Of a stretch of DNA of 64,000 nucleotides, positions 12,342 to 22,235 are shown one piece after another. Source of the DNA: Epithemia pelagica (Eukaryota > Protista > Bacillariophyta); the NCBI GenBank assembly GCA_946965045.2, contig OX337236.1, forward strand, positions 1,550,001-1,614,000, read 5' to 3'. Within the stretch, counting starts at the first letter, position 1; each line of letters opens with the position of its first letter. Both the position numbers and the translations under genes were made by a program. A model generated the notes under the pieces. The model saw only the letters and a list, made by a program, of their open reading frames with translations, was not told the origin of the DNA and did not search any database.

Positions 12342-14399
12342 ATGTTTCAGTATCGACAAACAGCAACACACTCCTTTGTGGAACTTGTCCATATTCCTGA
12401 TGTCTTCCATCTTACACCATTGTACATCGTATACTCTCAGTCGTCACATTTTATCGTACCTATTGTCTCAATGAGCTCCCAACAATACCCAAGTAGTTGT
12501 CGCCCAACAATATCTTTGTCAAGCATATGCTCTCCTGTTGTTTCTCTCTCTCAAGCTCCACACTCATTTTTCAAATTCATTCGAGAAGAACTCCCAGACT
12601 TGTCAACCATGTCTTTTGATTTGAGAATGGAAGCAATACAAGACACCATTCTTGTTTGGCTCATTCGAGAAGATGCTTCAATTCGCTACACTTCGTGCTC
12701 TCTTGATATTCTGACAAGCCATCCATGTCAGATCAAGCCATCTCTTTCTATGGACCAATCCATCTACCTTATCTCATTACTGGTTCACCATGGTTTATAT
12801 CCCTCGCAAGAAATTCCCACCAACTTCCTGTTGAGCAACCCCAAGTTCAAAATGAGCCGGCCTAAAGATGATTTCCCAGTATTGCACCTCCACTGCAGCT
12901 GTCAACCTATATACGAAGTCAACACCGAAGACATTGGATACAAAGAAGCAATTGAATATGTATTATTGAATGGGCAAATTGATACTCAAGAAGACCTCAA
13001 TGTTCAATCGATGGAAGACTATACTCTGGAGTGGATGATACATCGTGATGCACTCATTTCTGTTTCTACATCACACAACAGAACAATTCACCCAGTCTCT
13101 ATCGATCCTCTCTTACAATGCATTGCTACATCAATGTTGTCCCAAATATCCAACAAGATTATATCCCAAGGAGATCCAACCATTCTGTCTACTCCAGTAA
13201 CTACTCCTCCAGATTCGATTGAACCTGCTAATTCCTTCCCCATTGATGGACCATCTCCACCCACATCACCATCTCAATCGACAAAACCATCTCCAGTCAA
13301 TGCAAAACACAACTCATCATCACAAGAAATCGCTGTTGCAAAGCCAAAACCTGACACTCCGACAAAGCGATCTTCTGTTGCCAAACACAGCAACCCACCA
13401 TATTCTCAGATTATGACTCGCAAACAATATGCCACCGCCGCCAACCTCCTCATTAAAGCATCCAGAGCAAGGCGACAAATCTGCTACAAAGATAAGAACA
13501 ATATTCGACACATGCCTGGTCAACCTGTTCGTTTGAAACCCAATGATCTCTCCTTGTACAACAAAACAAAAAGTTCCCCCCCCACAATATCTGAACAGAC
13601 TTTGAGAAAGAGGGTTGTCGACTTGCAGTATTTGAAAAAGCTTCATGAACATTTCCTTTCCAAAGGTCTGGAAGCTCCAAGAGACAGTTGGGAAGACTGG
13701 ATTAACGACCATCTCTCACCAGAATCCGACCGAGCCTTCATGTGCTTGGTTGTGATTCTTATGAGTTCCAACACAAGCGACAAACAATTAGCTAAAGTGG
13801 TACCCACTTTGTTCCAATGTGGGTTTGTCTCTAGTCGGGCAACCAGTGACATTGCACTCAACTATGGGATGAACGCTGTATGTTCCCTATTGGCAGAGAC
13901 TGGTCTATATTATAAGAATGCTGAGGCTATCGTCAACGCAGCAGACTACTTCATCCAACGGCATTCTGGAATTATACCAGAAACCATTACGGTGCAAGAA
14001 CTAATGTGTCTGCATGGGGTTGGGTACAAGACTGCCACAATTGTCTTGGCATTTGCATTTCAAAGAATTGACGGAATTCCAACTGATGTGCATGTACATC
14101 GCTGCTCTCGAGCCCTGGGATGGATCCCCAAATCATGCAACGACCCAGACATGTGCTCGGCTTTGTTGGAGTCTTGGATTCCAAAGGAGTACTGGGAATG
14201 GGTCAACCCAATGTTTGGAGCGCTCGGGCAACTAATACAAGACCCAAAGACACGTCACCAATGTTCAGAAATCCAGATGGATTTCACAGTCCGTCGTCTT
14301 GACAAAGACCATAAGAAGAAACTCTTAGACAGCAAAGAGATCTACAACCTACACAACAATTTCCTTCATTTGTATCGGTCCTATTGCAGTTCCTCATGA
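12342..14399 (+). CDS. Transposon cargo ORF: unknown N-terminal region plus C-terminal endonuclease III (Nth)-like HhH-GPD DNA glycosylase/AP lyase domain
   Basis: FMCLVVILMSSNTSDKQL, HhH motif LMCLHGVGYKTATIVL (Lys codon 14028), GIPTDVHVHRCSRALGW (Asp codon 14085), LESWIPKEYWEWVNPMFGALGQLI. No C-terminal 4-Cys Fe-S motif. The true start may be a downstream Met. Confidence 0.88.
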   Translation: MFQYRQTATHSFVELVHIPDVFHLTPLYIVYSQSSHFIVPIVSMSSQQYPSSCRPTISLSSICSPVVSLSQAPHSFFKFIREELPDLSTMSFDLRMEAIQDTILVWLIREDASIRYTSCSLDILTSHPCQIKPSLSMDQSIYLISLLVHHGLYPSQEIPTNFLLSNPKFKMSRPKDDFPVLHLHCSCQPIYEVNTEDIGYKEAIEYVLLNGQIDTQEDLNVQSMEDYTLEWMIHRDALISVSTSHNRTIHPVSIDPLLQCIATSMLSQISNKIISQGDPTILSTPVTTPPDSIEPANSFPIDGPSPPTSPSQSTKPSPVNAKHNSSSQEIAVAKPKPDTPTKRSSVAKHSNPPYSQIMTRKQYATAANLLIKASRARRQICYKDKNNIRHMPGQPVRLKPNDLSLYNKTKSSPPTISEQTLRKRVVDLQYLKKLHEHFLSKGLEAPRDSWEDWINDHLSPESDRAFMCLVVILMSSNTSDKQLAKVVPTLFQCGFVSSRATSDIALNYGMNAVCSLLAETGLYYKNAEAIVNAADYFIQRHSGIIPETITVQELMCLHGVGYKTATIVLAFAFQRIDGIPTDVHVHRCSRALGWIPKSCNDPDMCSALLESWIPKEYWEWVNPMFGALGQLIQDPKTRHQCSEIQMDFTVRRLDKDHKKKLLDSKEIYNLHNNFLHLYRSYCSSS

Positions 14400-14542
14400 G
14401 TCAATTTCTTATTAGTTACTATCTGTTTTTCCTTGTTTGTTCTTTTTCTTTTTGGTTCTCGCATGTATCTTGTATGTAGTCGTTCTCGTATGTAGTCGTA
14501 TGTAGTCTTTTTCGTTTTCTGTTCCGTCATGTTCTGTATTTA

Positions 14543-17500
14543 TCAGTGGTCTTCATTACTGTTATTGGTGCGGCGTCGCGGACTTGTCCTTCGTTGTTGT
14601 TGTCGTTGTTCTTCTTGCTGCTCTCCGATGTGTTCTGCAGGAGGTGGTTTCTTTGCTCTCGACGATTTGGACTTGGACTTTGTTCGAGATGCCGATTCTT
14701 GAATGGATTGTTGGCGCACTCTTTTGGAAGATGCACTCGTTTGAGTTGTTGCCTTCCTTTTTGATAAGGTGGTGGATCGTTGGGTTGTTGGTGTGGTACT
14801 GTGTGTAGCAGGAGTTGTCGTCGAAACGATTCCTGTCACACTTCCTTGAACACTTCCACTGGTACTGTTGCCTTGATCTGTCGTCGATGTAGTGGGATTC
14901 ATTGTTCGATTTGAAGATGCAGAAATACTAGAACCAGCCATCAAGTTCATTTGTTGTAGTTTGACCGCCTCAATGATGCAAGCATCACTATCTGACTGAA
15001 ATGGGTCCTTGTCTTTGCCAAGACGACCCATGCATTCCATTTGTTCCTTGTCCCCTTCGTCCACGATATCAATGAGCACTACGTCATCGAATTTTTGTAC
15101 CAAATCCAGATTAGAATCACTGCATTTGTATTCGTATTCTGAACCAACAATCCCATCGTTCCCTTCGTCTTCATCAAGTTCAATTTGTTCCCGGGCCTTG
15201 TGGTGCTTCTGCATATCTTTTACACCCTTCAAAATGGTTTTCAGACGTTTCATATGACCTTGAGTGGTCCCTTCAGCAATGGAATCCCATACCGAGACTT
15301 CATCGGTTCCCTGCTCATGTTCCTCAACAGCTTCATTTTGTTCTTCATTATCTTCGCCACTGCCGTAGTCAGTTCCATTGTTGTCTTCATCGTCATCGTC
15401 ATCAACCACGGAGATTACTTCCGCCTCTATTTCGGCCTGGGCCTCGTCTATCTCTTGGCTTGAAGCTGTTCTTTGTTGGTTCTGCAGTTGCTCCTGTGGA
15501 CTTATCTGGCGCTGTGTGGCATTACTCCTAACTTGCTCCTCGGCCTTACCCCTGGTTTGCGCTTCGTCCTCGTTCTCTGTGGTGTGTTGAGATTTCTTTT
15601 TCAGGGTCATTTCATTAACCTCAATCTCTCCACGAACCTTTCTTGTTACCATCTCCATGGTGCGAATCTCGAAATGTTTCTTGAGCTCGTTCCTCATCAA
15701 TCTATTGCTATCAAACCATGAGGAGAAAGAAAATATCCTCTCTTGGAAAGCGTTTGTAGAAGGCTTCGAGAGCCACACGAGGGCACTTGGGAAAATCATC
15801 CTGAAATTACTCTTGTTCGCCTGCCACCACTGTAAGACATCAAAATACTTGCCCACACTGTTGAAATCTTGATCATTACATGCCCGTCTGAACTTTTTCT
15901 TTTCTTGAGGCGTCCATTTTGGTGACTTTTCAGAAAAAAGAACGGTGGGATACTCCCTAATCAACGATTCCCAGGAACTGTGGATAATGCGCTGACAGTA
16001 ATCCTTGAACCCCTTGAATTCGTTGTTACATTGTTCTCTAAAGCTCTTCTTCTGCTCGTCCAACGTGTTAAGATTGTTGTTTTCCACGCACGTGCTGTCT
16101 TCATTCTCTCCATGATTCCGAAAAATATTGAACACATCGTCATCATCCGAGTCGTCGTCTTCTATATCTACAACCTCCTCATTGGCTGTCTCGGCCATTG
16201 GGGCTGGTCCATTCATTGCCAACCTTTCAGGAGTAGAAAACTTTGCTACCATGTCATCAACAAATTGTTTTTGGATTCTGGAGACGTCGTAGTCGTCGTA
16301 GATCTTGATTTTTTTCAGGATGTACGGTGCCATGTAGCAGAGAAACGGATGACCGCAGATAGCATTCTCTGCATGGACGTCGTCACCATTCATCATGTAG
16401 GTGCGAAATTCACGTAGAAGCCGGTTAATAAGCATCCGTGAGGCGGGCAGTAAATCTGCAAACTTGATATTTTTCCTTTTGGAACGGAGTTTCTCTATGG
16501 TTAACCTGGCATCCCAACGTTGGAACTCTGTGTCTAGTTCTGTGGGGTTCACAAGCAGAACAGAGACACCGTTGTCTTTGTGATATTTAATTCCATGATG
16601 GCAACCAAAGATTTCCAGCAAAGAGCCTGCAGCAGAGGAAGGATCATCTGCTTGTAAGGACATGGCGCATTTCTTGAGTGGAGAAAGAATTCCTTCGAAT
16701 TCTGCTATGGCCTGCCAGTCCTCCTTGGACAGATAATTTTCGCGGAAGTCTTTGTCTACAGAAAACTCTTGTGAATTGTAGTCATCCATGACGTACTTAT
16801 CACGTAGGAGATCATGGAATGTGAGAGCGCATCCGAGAACCCTGGTTGTGTTCGGCATACGGATCTCCACTACAACTTGGTGATTTTTTGTTGCGTAGTC
16901 CCTCAATGCCTGGAATCTCTTCTTTCTCTTTGTCATCAGGATTGAAGCTAACTTCAAGGCTTTCTTGTATGTGTCCACAAATCCGGGAAACTGGTCGATT
17001 ACCCTTCCCCCCCTTCGTCGTATAGCCAAGCCGGTGGCGTGCTTAAGAATTAATTCCGCACGATGCATATCGCACTTTCCTCCAGTCTGATTTCCCACAA
17101 TGTACTTTCCGGCAAGGACTGCCGAATTTGTATTGTCGTTTACGGAAGAGGAGAGGTCAGACTGCGTAATTCCAACGGTTGTGAGGATTTTTAGTGTGTG
17201 GGTCGCCACTTGGGCTGCTGTGTGGCCGTCTGTTTCGCAGAGACCTACGGGAATCTTGTAAAACACGCAATTCCTGGGGTCAATCAGCATTAGGCACAAT
17301 CCAAGGATGTCTTTTCGATGGCCTTGCCATATGTCATGACAAATTGTGGCGAAGGGAATTGTTTTGCCACAAATTAGCTTGTAGGCCATCCGGACATTCA
17401 GGCATAGGGAGGAAACAGTTTGGAGAAAATTGTTGTAGGAATCAAGTCGCTTGCGTATGATGGCTTTGTTGCTCATGACACAATCTTTTGTCGACAGCTT

Positions 17501-18310
17501 CTGGGCGTTAAGAATGGCGAATTCCAGCATAGCTCGGAAGGACTTCTTTTCCACTGTTGAAGTGGGTAAGCCGTTGTCGTTGACAAACTGGTAGATTGAT
17601 TGTTGAAACTTGATTCTAGCCTCGTCCTTTGACATCATGGAACCCTTGTAGGATGTCATAAGTGGTTGGTTGCTTTCTACATTGGACTTCGGTCCAATTT
17701 TTTTTTTTCGTTCCATTTCTTCTTTCACATGCGGGTGAAAAGAATCCATATGTTGGCTAACATTCGAAGAGGAGCCACTTTTCTTCTGCTTGCTGACACC
17801 ACAGAGGATGGTAGAGGCGATAAAAGACTTCTCTGGGTCTTCAAAGCAAATCGGGCACACCACAAGACGCTTACATATGGATCCCCATGACTTTTTGGGT
17901 GCTGTTTGGTCCTCTTTTGATGCTTGGTTGAGTACAGCAAAGCATCGAGAAATACCTTCCATTTTGCTAACTTCTTTGGTGTCAAGTCTTGCTTGTAATT
18001 CTGTTAACTGGCAAAAGTCCAAGTGTCTCACTGTTCCCCAGTAGGTATTCAGATTCTTGAAATGCTCTCTCGGTGGACTTTTGAGGAAGGGGACATAGTC
18101 TTTCTCTTTCTTGATTTCTTGATGAATTGCTTCGGTTCGTTGGGCTTGGGTAGGGTGTTGCCTATTCTGTTGATTGTTGTTCCCTTGGGGGGCTAAAGCA
18201 GCGGGTGGGTTCTCGTCTTGCTGTGCAGGTGGAGGGTCTGGGTTCTCTGCTTGTGTGGGATGAGCCGGGGGTGTCTCCTCTTGTTCTGCCATCGTCGGTT
18301 GTGTTGACAT
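14543..18310 (-). CDS. hAT transposase (open frame extends to 18475)
   Basis: BED-like Zn finger (CPIC..HMDSFH), catalytic CHDIW, VNDNT and FQERIFS, CxxH motif KCDMH, hATC dimerisation domain DVLQWWQ..FPSALVWLSKPSTNAFQERIFS; uninterrupted reading frame. Confidence 0.93.
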   Translation of the reverse strand: MSTQPTMAEQEETPPAHPTQAENPDPPPAQQDENPPAALAPQGNNNQQNRQHPTQAQRTEAIHQEIKKEKDYVPFLKSPPREHFKNLNTYWGTVRHLDFCQLTELQARLDTKEVSKMEGISRCFAVLNQASKEDQTAPKKSWGSICKRLVVCPICFEDPEKSFIASTILCGVSKQKKSGSSSNVSQHMDSFHPHVKEEMERKKKIGPKSNVESNQPLMTSYKGSMMSKDEARIKFQQSIYQFVNDNGLPTSTVEKKSFRAMLEFAILNAQKLSTKDCVMSNKAIIRKRLDSYNNFLQTVSSLCLNVRMAYKLICGKTIPFATICHDIWQGHRKDILGLCLMLIDPRNCVFYKIPVGLCETDGHTAAQVATHTLKILTTVGITQSDLSSSVNDNTNSAVLAGKYIVGNQTGGKCDMHRAELILKHATGLAIRRRGGRVIDQFPGFVDTYKKALKLASILMTKRKKRFQALRDYATKNHQVVVEIRMPNTTRVLGCALTFHDLLRDKYVMDDYNSQEFSVDKDFRENYLSKEDWQAIAEFEGILSPLKKCAMSLQADDPSSAAGSLLEIFGCHHGIKYHKDNGVSVLLVNPTELDTEFQRWDARLTIEKLRSKRKNIKFADLLPASRMLINRLLREFRTYMMNGDDVHAENAICGHPFLCYMAPYILKKIKIYDDYDVSRIQKQFVDDMVAKFSTPERLAMNGPAPMAETANEEVVDIEDDDSDDDDVFNIFRNHGENEDSTCVENNNLNTLDEQKKSFREQCNNEFKGFKDYCQRIIHSSWESLIREYPTVLFSEKSPKWTPQEKKKFRRACNDQDFNSVGKYFDVLQWWQANKSNFRMIFPSALVWLSKPSTNAFQERIFSFSSWFDSNRLMRNELKKHFEIRTMEMVTRKVRGEIEVNEMTLKKKSQHTTENEDEAQTRGKAEEQVRSNATQRQISPQEQLQNQQRTASSQEIDEAQAEIEAEVISVVDDDDDEDNNGTDYGSGEDNEEQNEAVEEHEQGTDEVSVWDSIAEGTTQGHMKRLKTILKGVKDMQKHHKAREQIELDEDEGNDGIVGSEYEYKCSDSNLDLVQKFDDVVLIDIVDEGDKEQMECMGRLGKDKDPFQSDSDACIIEAVKLQQMNLMAGSSISASSNRTMNPTTSTTDQGNSTSGSVQGSVTGIVSTTTPATHSTTPTTQRSTTLSKRKATTQTSASSKRVRQQSIQESASRTKSKSKSSRAKKPPPAEHIGEQQEEQRQQQRRTSPRRRTNNSNEDH

Positions 18311-18909
18311 GATGGTAGATCCAGACAGGGTGGACAAGGATGCTGGGCTTTGAAGATGATTAAGAGGCACAATCAAGCCAGACACCATGTGTTGCAAGTT
18401 GCAAGCTGCAACATACAATGAACTGTTGAAGGATTGGTGGATGGACGGTAGAGGTGAGAGGTAAGAGAGTGTCACAAGTCACAAAGATGAGGCGGTTGAA
18501 GGTAGGGTCACTGTGTGATATTGTATAGAAACGTAATTCACATGACACATTGGGGGGAGAATGGTAATTCCATCTGTGCGTAGGAGAAAATTGATTGGAT
18601 TCTCAAATTCTTATAGTGAGTAAGAAGGAATTGGATTGGATTGGGAATTGATATCGTCTGATAAAGTGAATTGAAGGGAATTGGGAAGTGTCTATTTTAG
18701 AGAATTGGGAATTGAATTAGGGAATTGACATTCCCCGTCTGAGATGATGAGACTTGAATCGGAATAGTGAATCCAAGAAAAAATCGGTATTGAGTTGAGT
18801 GGATTGTGAAATTCAATGAAAGTAAAGGAGGAGGATTTCAATTGAATGGCTTAATTCAAGCTAAATTTAAGTTACATTCCCTAAAGTCATTAAAGTCCCA
18901 CTTTTTGAA

Positions 18910-18929
18910 TTCCAGACCCTGCTAACGCC
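18910..18929 (+). repeat. hAT right TIR (TTCCAGACCCTG) and right TSD (CTAACGCC)
   Basis: Read directly; matches the left end. Confidence 0.95.
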
Positions 18930-19480
18930 GTCCTTACGCATTCGCAAAACAAATCCAAAAGACCGCGCCTGTCCCCCATCCTGTCCCCCATCCTCCCCCA
19001 CTCTTCACTTAGAAAAATTGAATACTAAAACTTTTGGTACCAGGGAAGCGACCTTTTACGCAAGAATACCGTTAGAGTCGAACGCCCGTCCATCATGTCG
19101 AACGCCCGCCTGACATATTCGAAACTGAAGGCTGGCCTCTACACTAGCATAAGTAAAACACTATCCCTAATGAATTTCCTGGATTTGTTCGAACAAATCC
19201 AGAGTTCTGGATTGGTTGGAACAAATCCGGAAATGCTCTTTTACCCGGATATGTGACGTCAACGTGACGCAAAATGCTGACGTGCACGAAATTTTGATTT
19301 GGTTTTGCGAGCTAAAGGATTGGCAAAGTCCAAACCACGGTCCGCGATTTGTGGGCAGTGGGCAGTGGGCAGTGGGCAGCACTCTATTATTGCTTGTGTT
19401 GCAATCAAAAGAGGTCCTGGTTGTCAATGGGAAGTCCAAGAAACCAATAACATCTTCATCTGCGTACTCAAATCATCACC

Positions 19481-21936
19481 ATGAGCAGCAAACGATTTAC
19501 AATCAAGGTGAGTTTTAATCTTATCCCCGGAGAATGAGGGTTTGCTGTTTTCTAGTTGCCCTGTGACATCTCCCATACTTGTACGGATCATTGTTTGCAC
19601 CGGTATCCTGTGGAAATTCTCATGGATGATCTTCTCATGGTTTGTGTCAGCCCTTTCGAATGCACCAACCAATGGAGCAAAAAGATGCTCAGCAGACTTG
19701 GAATGTTTTGGCAAATGCTATTGATGAGATCTACAACAGAAATGCTTCCCAACTGAGTTTCGAGGAGCTTTATCGAAATTCGTACAATTTGGTTTTGCAC
19801 AAACACGGTGCTCTTCTCTACGAAGGTGTTACGGAACGCCTCAATGCTCACTTAATGGATACGGTTAAGATTCTTGCGGAAACACCTGAGGCCCAACTAC
19901 TGGAACACATGTCGGAAACTTGGAAAGAGCATCAAATAACCATGGTAATGATTCGAGATATTTTGATGTACATGGACCGCACATATGTGCTGCAGCAACG
20001 GCGACGAATGGTTTACGATCTTGGTCTTCATCTGTTTCGAATCACGGTTTGGGAACACCCAGCAGTTGGTCAGCGCGTCATTGATTTATTGTTGGAGGCT
20101 ATTCGAGAAGAACGGAACGGCTTCCTGACTGACCGTGGACCGGCAAAGGCTGTGCTTACAATGTTGCAAGCATTAGGTCAAGCCGACGGAACTACCAATG
20201 TATATCAGCAAGATTTTGAACAAGTATTTTTGGGGACGACGCAGGAATTCTACCATGCGGAATCCCTGTCCTACCTGAGTTCTAACACAGCTTCCAGTTA
20301 CGTTCAAAAAGCCACGTCTCGTTTGGACGAGGAGAAAGAGCGCGCAACTGCTCTCTCTCTTCCCAGCACCTCCGAGGGTCCATTACTACATATTGTGCAG
20401 ACAGAGCTTATTGAACGCCATGCACGTACGTTGGTGGATATGGAGAATTCGGGCTTTGCGGCCTTGCTGAAAGATGAAACGAAATTGCAAGAAATGGGCA
20501 GTATCTACGATCTGTTTGTGAGAGTACCTAGTTCGGTTGATCATCTTAGGGATGCACTCGCTGATCGCATCAAAACTGACGGATCACATCTCATCAGTGA
20601 TCAAGAAAAGGGCGCGGCTGATCCCCCGGCTTTTGTCAAGGGCGTTTTGGCTATGCGTAAGAAGTATGACGAGATTGTGACCATGTCCTTCCGCAATGAA
20701 AAGAAAGCCCAGAAAAGAATGAAGGAGTCGTTCGAGGATTTTCTCAATAAAGATGCCAGGGCTGCCAGTTGCTTGGCCGTTTATGTTGATGAGCTCTTGC
20801 GTATGGGGCTTCGTGGTGTATCCGAGGAACAGATGAACGAGGAACTCAACAAGGCAATTTTGGTCTTCCGCTACCTCTCTGATAAAGATGTCTTTGAATC
20901 ATTTTACAAACAGCATCTTGCAAAGCGTCTTTTGGGTGGTCGAAGCGCGAGTGACGACGCTGAACGATCCATGGTTAGTTTGTTGAAGGCCGAATGTGGA
21001 TATCAATTTACGACCAAACTCGAAGGAATGTTCAACGATATGCGTATCTCCCGCGAAACCAGAGATAAATATAAGCTCTACAAGCGCCAACAAGAGGCTC
21101 GAGAGGGTTCAGATCTCACCAAAAGCATTGACATTGAAGTCGATGTTCTTACTACTGGATACTGGCCCTCTCAGAACGTTCCACCGTGCACTTTACCTAC
21201 GGAAGTCCAGCAAGCTATCAACCATTTTTCTGCATTTTATTTAGAAAAGCATACTGGCCGCAAACTGTCATGGCAGACTTCCGCTGGTGGCGCGGAGATC
21301 AAAGTGACCTTTGGAACGGCGGAGAAGCCACGACGTCATGAGTTACTTGTCTCTACCTATCAAATGTGTATTTTGCTTTTGTTCAACCAAAGTGATACGC
21401 TGACTCTTGGTCAGATTCGATCCCAGACTCATATCCCTGATCAAGAGTTGCGGAGGCATCTAATCTCATTATGCACGCCGAAGAATCGCATTTTGAAAAA
21501 AGGCAGCAAAGGCCGTGGAATCACCTCGGACAAAGACGCGTTTACGTTCAACAATGATTACACAAGTAAACTGAAACGTGTTCGGATTCCTCTGGTCAAG
21601 GAAACTTCGTTGCTACGGAGTGATTCGGCTGCCGAGGGTGCAAGTGCACAACCTGCGGCTTCTGCGGCTGCTGCTCCCCGTGTTCCAGTCGATGGATCAG
21701 TTCCGGTAGCGGTCGAAGAAGACCGGAGACATTTGGTGGAAGCCTCCATTGTGCGAATCATGAAGGCACGGAAAGCGTTGAATCACAATGATCTGATCGC
21801 CGAAGTCACGCGACAGCTCTCGAACCGCTTTCATCCACCTCCCCAGTTCATCAAAAAACGTATTGAAAGTTTGATTGAACGCGAGTACCTGGAACGTGAT
21901 GAGAATGAACATCGTGTGTATGTGTATGTGGCTTAG
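19481..21936 (+). CDS. CUL3: Cullin-3, 2 exons
   Basis: Exon 1 19481-19507 (MSSKRFTIK), intron 19508-19650. NASQLSFEELYRNSYNLVLHKHG, cullin homology domain and neddylation site IVRIMKARK..IKKRIESLIEREYLER. Confidence 0.93.
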
Positions 21937-22235
21937 TAGCAATCTGAAGGTACCGTTAGGGAACAATCTGATCCTCCACTAGAGAGTAGTTCATGAACCA
22001 TTTGTCCTATTAAATGATAGTATTGCCTCAACTGACGGCAAAAAATCCCTCGATCTCATGTATTTCTGAGTAATTTCGATACTGTTCGTGCCTCAGCCGA
22101 TCACTGCAGGGATGTCCGCCATATCTTATCGTGCGCGCAAGAAACCTGGGGAAGCTGTCTCTTCCTACTAGAGCGCTCGTCGAACGAAGTGTGACTCCAT
22201 GCAAAAATCGCCCACGACTATTTTGATGTTTACAA

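Larger units (their letters stand above)
11848..18921 (-). mobile_element. Autonomous hAT DNA transposon (7,074 bp) carrying a DNA-glycosylase cargo gene
   Basis: TIR CAGGGTCTGGAA at 11848-11859 with its reverse complement at 18910-18921 (16 bp with one mismatch). Perfect 8-bp TSD CTAACGCC at 11840-11847 and 18922-18929. AT-rich subterminal repeats; intact hAT transposase inside. Confidence 0.95.

Noticed and set aside
12342-14399. The Nth-like ORF as the ordinary host NTH1 gene
   Set aside because: It lies inside the TIR/TSD boundaries, appears AT-richer than the flanking host genes, lacks the Fe-S motif and has an unrelated N-terminus.
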